Below are positions 54,635 through 64,000 of a stretch of DNA of 64,000 nucleotides, piece by piece. The first letter of the stretch is position 1. Each line of letters opens with the position of its first letter. The stretch covers positions 186,001-250,000 of the forward strand of contig NC_134029.1 in assembly GCF_964204645.1 (NCBI RefSeq), given 5' to 3'. A program made the translations under genes and the position numbers. The notes under the pieces are model-generated. The model saw only the letters and a program-made list of their open reading frames with translations. It did no database searches and was not told where the DNA came from. This DNA is from Tubulanus polymorphus (taxonomy: Eukaryota > Animalia > Nemertea).

Positions 54635-54862
54635 CCTGTACTGTTTCTGTCTGATTGATTGATAATTTGAGATGTTACATTCTGCTCTATTGTCACTGAT
54701 TATTGTTTCTTTTTCTTTTCAGAATGAAATGAATCCAATAGAATTTACTATTTAAACAGGCTCATTTAAAGGTAAGTACAAAACTGGTAATGAATTTCTC
54801 TACAGAATTCTTCACAGTCTTTGTTATTGTTTTACTCTCATTTACAGGATGAGATACATACT

Positions 54863-54921
54863 GCAGCACCAGTAGCAGCAGCACCAGTAGCAGCAGCAGC
54901 ACCAGTAGCAGCACTAGTAGC

Positions 54922-54998
<77 letters not shown>

Positions 54999-55010
54999 CA
55001 GCAGCAGCAT

Positions 55011-55042
<32 letters not shown>

Positions 55043-55091
55043 GTAGCAGCAGTAGCAGCAACAGCAGCAGTAGCAGCAGCAGCAGCAGCAG
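54863..55091. repeat. Imperfect (CAG)n trinucleotide tract
   Basis: AGC repeats interrupted by AGT/ACC. Confidence 0.95.
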
Positions 55092-56324
55092 GTAAAACCT
55101 GTTTGGAAATTCGTTATTTTTAGAGAACTGGTCTATATAAATTATTCTATCTGTTTATGTTTCCAGGATTCAACCACACAAAGATCACGGCTTAGTTTGA
55201 AGTGAGTTTTCAATTGTTAGAATTCATTTAGTTGGAATTATCAACATCTTAATATTTTCCGTACATATTTTCAGTGAACAGAGCAATGGAGGTTTTGGTA
55301 CCCAACAGCAGTCGACCTCAAATACCGCTGGCTTAAAAACATTGGCGAAAATGGTAAGTCTTTGATTTGGTTTGAAACTGCTCTTATTTCATTCAACAAC
55401 TTAACTGACAATTTCTAAAATTTGTATTTAAGAGCTGAAATAACTGGAACCCTTGATAGAATCTGTGAACAGTAAACATTGGGAATTCACTTCACATTTG
55501 TTTAAGATGGACATCGCTTTAGATCCTCAAAACCAATACAGTACCGGTAAATATCTCTACAGATTCTAGTCTCTGTTTGACTGTACATTTATAAACTCAT
55601 TTCCTGATTAGAAGCTACATTAATCAGTGAAGGCGAATTTTCAATCACTTCTATTCTGGTCAAAGTTCGAATCATCAAAATTATACAACTGTTGTATTCT
55701 AGGGTCTAAAATAAAGCTGAACTTGAAGTAAACATTGCGCTCTACAAATCAAACAAGTCAGAAGTGGTGAGTTTTATACCGATTTATTGCAGTAATTTGT
55801 AGTGATCTTCAAATCAAGTCCAGAAAATGATGTGTTTTTGATCGGTCTTTACTAGAGGATGCAGTCTAAAGCTACCATCAAACACCTCAGAAATCTGCAT
55901 ATACTCGACACATTGTGATTAACTACTCATTAGCGTGGTAGGTCTTCTGTCAATCGAACACAAACAAGTTGCAGTTTCTATTTATTTCATTAACCATTTT
56001 CTGGCATAATTTTCTCTTTCCAGAATGCAATACGCCCAACACTTATTGGAGCTGGAGAAATTATAAATATTCACAAGAAGCTGTGATCTAGTTGCTGAAG
56101 CTGTTTTAAGAAACTAAGTAATATTCTCTATACAATTCAACCTGGTTCTCGCTTGTTACAAAACAGTTCAATTATTTATGTATTTATTTTCTCAGAAAAT
56201 CATCAGTTCTCTTAACTTCATGACATTATGACTGTTGGAAGTGAAATCCTGCTAGATGGCACTGAACTTATCTGATACAAGTTTAGAAATGGTGAGTTTT
56301 ATATCACTCCACTGTGCTCTAATA

Positions 56325-56470
56325 CAGTCAACCCCGCATAAGTCGTAGCCCTCGAGACTGACTGCCGCTTTTTCTACGACTTACGTGATGTACGAGTCAC
56401 GTGTAAGTTGTATTTTTATGAGTTATCTATAAGTCGTGGTTTTATACGAATTCCACGAATAACCTGTAAA
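56325..56470 (+). mobile_element. Left end of a Tc1/mariner (pogo-like) element
   Basis: TA|CAGTCAACCCCGCATAAGTCG followed by CGACTTA/CGAGT-type subterminal repeats. No matching right end found. Confidence 0.45.
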
Positions 56471-57641
56471 AATACAATATATACGATGCTCAGATTCCAG
56501 CTCGGTTCGTCATATTCCCGGTCGTATCCTGAGCTGCAGATCTGAAATCTACCCTCAGCCACGTGCACCATGCAGACAATGTCATAAGAAAGTTTAAACA
56601 CTGACACAGACAATATTGTAGCGTATTTTTATCTGCTGCCGGCATTTCGGGCTACGCGAGGTATTTTGAATGGATCAGAAGATTTGGCTTCTAAAATTGA
56701 TATTTACGTGAAAATATGAGTTATAAGCGTAATATTATGAGAAGAAAAAACTTGAGTGATTCTCCGGAAAGAAGTGCGGCTGCTGCTGCGGCTGCGGCTG
56801 CGGCTGCGGCTGCGGCTGCTGCTGCTGCTGCTGCGGCTGCTGCTGCTGCTGCTGCTGCTGATGACTGTTTATTCAATCGAACATTTTCAATGTAATATTT
56901 GCAGACGCCATTGGACAAGGACAAGGACCAGCCGTCTACCTGGAGATTGATATGCTGCCACTTATTTAGGAGATCTGCAATTGTAAAGTTTAAAGTCAAA
57001 TATATTACTGGTATTATATTGTGTTGGCCGACACGGGCAGGTGACTGTTGTTCTGTTTGTGATAGTTTCATAGACTGCGTAATCACATATCCATAAAAAC
57101 AATGGAGTCATCCCCTGATTCGTCTCTCAAAGCTATGGTGTCATTTTTGCTAATAGAAAAATAGCCTGACTCGGGCATAGAATATATAATTTAAACCCTG
57201 CTATATGCAAATTTAAAAGGCGTGATTTATCATTTTGATTCTGATTCTTGATAAATAAAAGTAAATGAAGAAATAACTAGAACAGCCTATGCACAAAATA
57301 ACAAAACCTCTCGACCTAAACACTTAACAACCTCTAGCTTTACTTTTCTCAATTAACTTGTTTTTCCCTCACTATTTTTCCCTGTTTTAGTTATTTCTTC
57401 AGACTTGACGATGGTCTCTACAGAGACTCATAAATGTTGTGTCTTCAAATCCCTTTAAATTTGTGTGATGTGGGTTTTAATTTTTTAGTGAAAATTAATT
57501 GATTTAATTTTAGATTAAATATAGCAGCGATAATGGGTTTTCTGCCTCGCTAAGCTAATCACAATTGAGGGAATTAGAGAAAACCCTAATGATGGGCTTT
57601 CTGAGATGGATCAAGGGCATGAGATAATTTACGCACTCCAT

Positions 57642-60600
57642 CCCAGTAAACACGCGACCTGAAATCAATGTTGATTCAATGTTCATGTTGAGATATCAAC
57701 GTTGATTCCATGACACCAGCTCTATTTCAATGTTTATTCCATATTTTATTATGATATTTGAGATAACGATGATGAATCAATGTCCCAATTTGCAACCGTT
57801 GCCACTTTGATCAAAATTCAACCTAGATTAAACATTGCTTTTTAAATGTCGATTCAATGTAATTCAAAATTTGTTTATTTTCTACATATAAATAGTTTAT
57901 GTTGTTTATTTTCGTGTCTACTTTACCGTGCGAGTATTTTGTGTGTATAATATTTGCTAGAAAATAGCATGCTGGTAGTTTTTTTGAAAAGCTTAAGCAG
58001 GATTCGAACCCATCTAGAACATGCCGTCTTCGAGGTGAAACTGAGAGATCTGAATTATACCACACCTTGCAATAAGCTGATCATCCAATATGGCGTCTAA
58101 CAGCGACGTTTCTTGCTCATCAAGGACAGTAAGTTAATCCACCGCCATCCCGGCGTTCAAGAATTAATATTAATACACAGTTTTTATAAATGATTGGGAG
58201 ATTAACGTTCGAGCCTATTTTGAGTTTCCTCAACTCTAGGGCCTATGCCGTTCAGCAGTGCATGCCATCCCATGCGGATTTATTTATATTTGCCACGCCA
58301 AAATTAAAAAGGCGGCGCTAGTAATGCGGTTTCCGGTGTTTAGTAACCCCACATGAATTTTTTTATTTCATCGTAAGATTTAGGCCTATCAAGGTTTAAG
58401 TAAATCAAAATTTTTGATAATTTTTTCAATATCAATTAAAATCTATTTTATTGAATTTGAATTATAAACGCGAATCAAAAATTATAGGCCTACTGAAAAT
58501 TATAGGCCTAATAATTGACAATTGTCACGCTGTGTACCCGCACGTGACCGTAGGCCTACTATTCAATTCAGTTTGTTATGAGTAGGCTATATGATTCATT
58601 CTGGGCATGCTTTGACTTAAAAAATTACTAGAAGCCTGAAGTCCAAAGCTGCGCCAACACTAACCGTCCTGGATTCGCCGGTACAATGACGGATTCATTT
58701 GTCACAGACATTTACTGGTTGTCCCGGTTACCCCTTCATAAACATCCCGGCGATATTTTTGTTTACCTATTCTGGGTTTTAAAACTTTGTGGTTTCGTAA
58801 TGTTCTACCGGTATTTCATCATCGTCCCATGCAGAGCGACTCCTTATCTGCCCATGTCACTCAGTCCCAGATTTCTTTCAGGTTTATGGGTAATTTTCAC
58901 TATATCTGCACAATTTAAAATCCTTGTTGTAATTCTTTTTATGCATTAAATGTTTTTGAATATGAAAACACTCGTGCAGTTGAGTAATTTCCAACAATCA
59001 ATAATTTGTACCATGCTCTCGTCTATGCGTATCATTGCAACATAGTTAGGGTTGTTGAAGTGTTTGAATCGCGGCCCGTGCAGCGTCCCCAGTTTTCATA
59101 AAATCTTGTTATTTTCAAACACGCCATTTTACCGAAAAGACGGGTTTTGAAAACCTTGCAATTAAAGAAGGGTTTGAACCCGCGTTCGAACCGAGCTCTG
59201 CGATTTTATTGTGTGTAGATGGTGGAACCCGCGTTCAAACACGGCTTTGCATGTGAAGCGTGTGAACTGTATGTGGGATGCCGTTATCAAAATAAACAAT
59301 GTCTATTATTATACACTCTAATGGAGGTGTAAGATATCTCGTGTGTAGACGCTACAGCATTCAAACACGGATTATAAGCAGAACCCCGGTCCGAGGAAAC
59401 CCGCATTCAAACACAGGTTTACGCGCTAGTAGGCTATAGACAAGGCTTATGTTTCAGACTAATTTTGCACTGATAACTGTAGAATTAGGGGGTATGGAAG
59501 TGAATTAACACCAACCTTCCCCGATTTAAGTCTACAGCCACACTGAAGTACACCATTCTGCAAAATTGACAGTCTGGAAGTCAATATGTCCTTGATTAGA
59601 CGCAATTATCAGTGTCTTAGATATGATAATCAATCATACAATAAAGCTCGAAAGATATAATCCCTCTCGTTGGGATTAGATCTTTCAGTCCTTATTATAG
59701 GATTATCAATCATATCAAATCAATGTAAAGAATTTACTTTCTTGTTCTTAATTTTCTTACAGTAATCCTGATTCAATGGCCTCAGGACGCCAAAGACGCT
59801 GGCGATTTGTTGACAGACAGCTTGAGAACTTATTATCTCATAGTGAGGGGGAGTTACAGTTATCATCAATTGATTCTGATACTGAGGAATACTCTGATCA
59901 TGAAATAGAGTTTAATGAACCTGATTTGTTAGATCAGAATGTCGTGTTATCTGGTAATGATGAAACTGAACCTCTTTCTAGTGATGGTGTGGATGATAAT
60001 GATGATGATGATGTTTTTGATCCTGATACCAGCTTGCATCAAGATTTAGCTGCATGGGCAGTTGAGAGCAAATGTTCGCAGTATTCGCTTAATAGATTGT
60101 TAGAGATTTTGCGAAATCATGGTTTTGATGAGCTTCCTAAAGATTGCCGAACTTTGATCAAACGGCCTAAGTGCATCGAAACCACAGAATTAAGTGGGGG
60201 CCACTACAAATATTTTGGTATCAAGACTGGTGTGATACAATGTCTAGCGGCAAATCCACAATTTATTCAAGAGAATAACTCTATCGATTTGGTGATTAAT
60301 GTCGATGGACTACCATTGTTTAAGTCTAGCCGGAAACAATGCTGGCCGATCCTTGCGTACTTCTCGGATTTTGTTCCATTTATCATAGCTTTATGGATCG
60401 GAATTTCTAAACCAAATGATGTAAATAGCTATCTAAACGACTTTCTCATTGAATATCAGCAGTTACAGGAATCTGGCATCATCCACTCTGAAAAACATTT
60501 AACCGTTGTAATTAAGGCATTCATATGTGATGCTCCTGCCAGATCTTTCGTTAAATGTACAGTAGGGCATACAGCTTACTTTTCTTGTGAAAGATGTAAG

Positions 60601-61395
60601 ACCAAAGGCACTTATACCCGAGGCAGAATTGTTTTCAATAGTTTACGGATCAAAGATTTAAGAACTGATGAGAAGTTTAGAGAGTGTGCGTATAACAAAC
60701 ATCAAAAGGCAAGGTCCCCATTGATAGATATAGGGTTCAATTGCATATCAGCCTTTCCTCTAGACTACATGCATTTATTGTGTTTGGGTGTTACCAAGAG
60801 GATGTTATTGTTCTTGACTGGTAAGCAAAAAAATGGACCTATATGTATAAAGCAGTTTCTTTACATTTCAGAGATTGTGAATATGCCCTAATGGTATTTG
60901 AAGCATTTATATCTCTTGTAAAAAAGAGAGATTTAAGATTTCAAAATATTTTAAACATTTGATCTCGCCAATCATTTCTAGATTAAGCTGAAATCCAGAT
61001 TCGGCTGGTTCGATTTTGCTAAAAAAAAGCACTGAAAGCCACTGAATTGTTGGCCCATAGTTCTGTGATCAGTCAATATTGTAATCAGACAGTATGTCTT
61101 TTATATGATTTTATTTTTACAGGTTTTCAACAATAAATTTTAATTTTAGTTCATATGAATCTTAATACTTTGTATTGATGTCGGAGTAACGTTTGTTTAA
61201 TGTTGGTGTATGAATGTTGAATCTACATCATGAGGAGATGGTTACCATGTCGACATTGAATCGATGTGCGAATTGATGAATGTTGTAGTAATGTTGGTTG
61301 TCACAACTTACTTATACACCCAAAAATCAACTTTAATTCAATATCAGGATTTAACATTTCATTAACATTGTAATAACATTGACATGTTTACTGGG
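57642..61395 (+). mobile_element. EnSpm/CACTA (CMC) superfamily DNA transposon, internally deleted copy
   Basis: Perfect 11-bp TIR CCCAGTAAACA (57642-57652) / TGTTTACTGGG (61385-61395), flanked by a 2-bp direct repeat AT. Both ends carry subterminal TCAATGTTGA/CAACGTTGA/AACATTGA-type repeats. Contains a transposase ORF. Confidence 0.85.
59776..60891 (+). CDS. EnSpm/CMC-type transposase, C-terminally truncated (371 aa)
   Basis: Motifs INVDGLPLFKSS, CWPIL, FICDAPARSFVK, GHTAYFSCERC and FPLDYMHLLCLGV. Similarity ends after ...KNGPICIK, before the expected third catalytic Glu region. An acceptor (ttttcttacag) lies just upstream at 59762. Confidence 0.85.
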   Translation: MASGRQRRWRFVDRQLENLLSHSEGELQLSSIDSDTEEYSDHEIEFNEPDLLDQNVVLSGNDETEPLSSDGVDDNDDDDVFDPDTSLHQDLAAWAVESKCSQYSLNRLLEILRNHGFDELPKDCRTLIKRPKCIETTELSGGHYKYFGIKTGVIQCLAANPQFIQENNSIDLVINVDGLPLFKSSRKQCWPILAYFSDFVPFIIALWIGISKPNDVNSYLNDFLIEYQQLQESGIIHSEKHLTVVIKAFICDAPARSFVKCTVGHTAYFSCERCKTKGTYTRGRIVFNSLRIKDLRTDEKFRECAYNKHQKARSPLIDIGFNCISAFPLDYMHLLCLGVTKRMLLFLTGKQKNGPICIKQFLYISEIVNMP

Positions 61396-61405
61396 ATGTA
61401 ACTGC

Positions 61406-61560
61406 ATTAGTTTGCAATTGTTTGTACCTCGGGACCCGGTTTCATTAGTTTGTAATTGTTTGTACCTCGGGACCCGGTTTCATTAGTTTGTAATTGTTTG
61501 TACCGCGGGACCCGGTTTCATTAGTTTGTAATTGTTTGTACCTCGGGACCCGGTTTCATT
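61406..61560. repeat. 38-bp tandem repeat, about 4 copies
   Basis: CTCGGGACCCGGTTTCATTAGTTTGTAATTGTTTGTAC. Confidence 0.9.
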
Positions 61561-61850
61561 GGTCTGGTTTTGTATAAATATGTATGATACTCATGTATAA
61601 TGTGTAATGTAAACTTGTGTGATATATTTTGTAAAATGGACATATTTTGTACGACTTTAGTCTCACAATCAATGAAACGAAGAAGTTGAAATATCGACAG
61701 GTTTTCTTCATTATGAGACTATGATATTTCGTTCGAACTGATGTTACTGTTTTATTTGAAATAAAGATGAATTTTCTGTGTTGTTTTAGTTGTGATTACA
61801 GACGCCAGCAGTTTCACACACACTCAGTGCGTCGAACACGTAAATCCCAC

Positions 61851-62395
61851 GGGTTCAGTTTCATAGAAATAATTTACTTTACTCAATTCGAGTTTGAACG
61901 AATACTTTTTGAGTAAATTATTTCTAAGTTAAGTTTTTTAAGAAATTGAGCCAAGGGTCCAGTTTCACAAACCAATTGTATTCAAACATGTTTTATTTTG
62001 GAAAAAGTTTGAATCAAAATGAAGTTTGTTATGAAATTTAGCCACGGGTCCATTCGACGAATTGCAGTTGACCCTATGTACCGGTTATGTGAAACTGATC
62101 ACGTGGACCCAGTTTCCTGAACATAGTTTTACTCTAAAATTCATACTTAGTGAAACTGGACTCGAACTAAATTAAATACCATACTCGCTATTTTAGTGTG
62201 TGAAACTACAGCTTCTAAACCTGATTGAAACCCTGCATCATAAACCAAATCCTACTAAGGGTACGGTTTCACAGATATGATCATCATGAGATAATGAAGA
62301 AATTAATCTACGTAGTCTTTTGTGAGACTTGACCCCCCGCTATCGCTTAAACTAATTTCTTCAAAATTGATCGCGTTTGTGAAATTGCGACCCCT
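61851..62395. mobile_element. Head-to-tail cluster of about 5-7 short diverged MITEs
   Basis: Repeated GG(G/A)(T/C)(T/C)CAGTTTCA ... TGAAACTG(G/A)NCC pairs at about 61851-61952, 61955-62043, 62046-62100, 62104-62163 and 62259-62335, plus orphan ends. Confidence 0.6.
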
Positions 62396-62640
62396 GGTGT
62401 TCGGCACATATAGTTCATACCCTGGCATGCGGAGTTATCATTCTTACCTTGGTATGCGAGGGTTTCAATTCGATGCTTTACCACACCGTACTAACATAGT
62501 ATTTACGTTTTGAATAGAGATGCCTTCCTGAAATAAATGAGCAATTGTTAACAAATTTGGAAAACAATGAGAAATAAATAGGCAAATGTTGCTGTAAGTT
62601 TTGTGTACGTTATTTAAACATTTTTCGAAAACAAACGCAC

Positions 62641-63320
62641 TGTTGGTCTGGTGAATAAACGCAGAAACCCTTGTGTTGGCCTGATAAGTAAACGCAGTAA
62701 CCCTAGTGTTGGCCTGCTGAATTAACGCAGATATCCTAGTGTTGGCCTGATAAATAAACCTAGAAAACCCTAGTGTTGGCCTGATGAATAAACGCAGTAA
62801 CCCTAGTGTTGGCCTGCTCAAATAAACGCAATTTTCCTAGGTTTGGCCTGTGAATAAACGCAGTAACCCTAGTGTTGGCCTGCTTAAATAAACGTAGTTC
62901 CCCTAGTGTTGGCCTTTCAATAAGCGCAGAAACCCGTGTTGACCTGCTTGATAAACGCAGAAACCCTAGTGTTGGCCTGCTTGATAAACGCAGAAACCCT
63001 AGTGTTGGCCTGTCAATAAACATAGTTATCCTAGTATTGGCCTGATTAATAAACTTAGTAACCCTAGCGTTGGCCTAGGAATAAACGTAGTTATCCTGGT
63101 GTTGGCCTGCTCAATAAACGCAGAAACCCTAGTGTTGGCCTGTCAATAAACATAGTTATCCTAGTATTGGCCTGATTAATAAACGTAGTAACCCTAGCGT
63201 TGGCCTAGGAATAAACGTAGTTATCCTGGTGTTGGCCTGCTTAATAAACGCAGAAACCCTAGTGTTGGCCTGTTAATAAACACAATTTCCGTAGTGTTGG
63301 CCTAATTAATAAACGTAGTT
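62641..63320. repeat. About 36-bp degenerate minisatellite, about 19 copies
   Basis: AATAAACG(C/T)AG(A/T)AACCCTAGTGTTGGCCTG.. Confidence 0.92.
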
Positions 63321-64000
63321 TCCACCAGATGGCGAGTGTGATTTCAGCACATTGAGGAAGAGTCAGTGAGACAAATAAGAGCTATTAGTCGGTTCAGCCA
63401 AATTCCAATAGATGGCGATCAAGTTAGAAATCTTGATAATAACTCGCAAAACTCGTAAGACCTTTGAGGAATTCCATTATATTTTGGGAACTTTGTTTTC
63501 TTGTTTACTCTGCTTCATGAAGATTCATGAATGGGACATTTTTTGAATGAAACCGCAGACATTGTGAAAAAACTTCACCTGGAGAAGTGATTATCAAGTG
63601 AAGTTCAGTTTCAATGCCATAAAGTGTATCCCGGGCTCGAAACCCAGTGAATTGACTCGGGCGCCTTAAAACTGTCAATTGACACTTGTTTATGCTGGGT
63701 AAGATTATTTCATTATGATCGAAGCAGGAATTAGAATTAGTAGTTTGGTCAACGTTTGGTGATCAAGAGTGATGACAGTTTTTAGATCGGTCAATTTGCC
63801 ATTCATGATTCGGTTGTAATGTTTTTCACCCAAGTGTCAGCAGATCATGAATAGTTTGGTAATTAACACGAGGATTAATTACTATCCTTAATTGTCATGT
63901 TAATTAACTACCGTTTAATTGTCGTGTTTGTGCAAGTGTTGCCAGTGTGTGAGCATGTTTGATGTTAATTACAGACACGAGGCGGCGCCAGTAGTAGTTA

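Larger units (their letters stand above)
49290..56291 (+). ncRNA. Candidate multi-exon non-coding RNA or decayed pseudogene
   Basis: Promoter-like motifs (GGCGGGAA about 49258, TGACGCAA about 49286, CAAAATGGCG about 49297) are followed by a run of acceptor/donor pairs: donor 49397; about 49473-49638; 50012-50085; 54723-54771; 54848-55091; 55167-55201; 55275-55353; 55507-55546; 55703-55767; 56024-56117; 56196-56291. Several introns are 73-78 nt, like those of the real genes. Some exons have stops in all three frames. Confidence 0.4.

Noticed and set aside
54848-55091. PolyGln exon with TAG read as Gln (recoding), or a polyAla protein
   Set aside because: AGC>AGT interruptions are ordinary microsatellite variants, neighbouring genes show no in-frame TAG, and flanking exons give stops in either frame.
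49397-56195. Intronic C/D or H/ACA snoRNAs in the candidate non-coding locus
   Set aside because: I found no convincing RTGATGA...CTGA pair with a terminal stem by eye; a covariance-model search is needed.
57990-58070. tRNA gene on - strand (GGTTCGAATCC); similar B-box-like motifs near 51440 and 63635
   Set aside because: No cloverleaf can be formed; at most decayed SINE heads.

Overview
Eukaryotic, intron-rich, AT-rich animal DNA with many ~70-110 bp introns; a marine spiralian-type invertebrate is my inference only. I could reconstruct three protein-coding genes by hand with phase-consistent GT-AG junctions. (1) The 5' part of a subtilisin/kexin proprotein convertase (furin/PC1-like; - strand, 5 exons, 10525->292, running off the left edge). 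(2) Head-to-head with it, CCDC171 (+ strand, 27 coding exons, 12160-27418, about 1457 aa). (3) An SLC6 Na+/Cl- transporter of the GABA/taurine/creatine group (+ strand, 13 exons, 29863-45229, 645 aa). To the right lie a multi-exon, apparently non-coding or pseudogenic + strand locus (about 49.3-56.3 kb) containing a 198-bp inverted repeat pair, an internally truncated EnSpm/CACTA-type transposon (57642-61395, CCCAG termini, AT target duplication), and a head-to-tail train of short MITEs. Introns are full of young minisatellites. Several are derived from MITE termini or straddle splice sites. The most striking is a six-fold tandem copy of the 3' end of CCDC171 exon 17 with its donor, each copy acquiring a new branch point, pyrimidine tract and AG, i.e. 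candidate newborn micro-exons. Nearly all long ORFs in the supplied track are repeat artefacts. No database searches were run; family calls rest on remembered motifs, and repeat boundaries are approximate.
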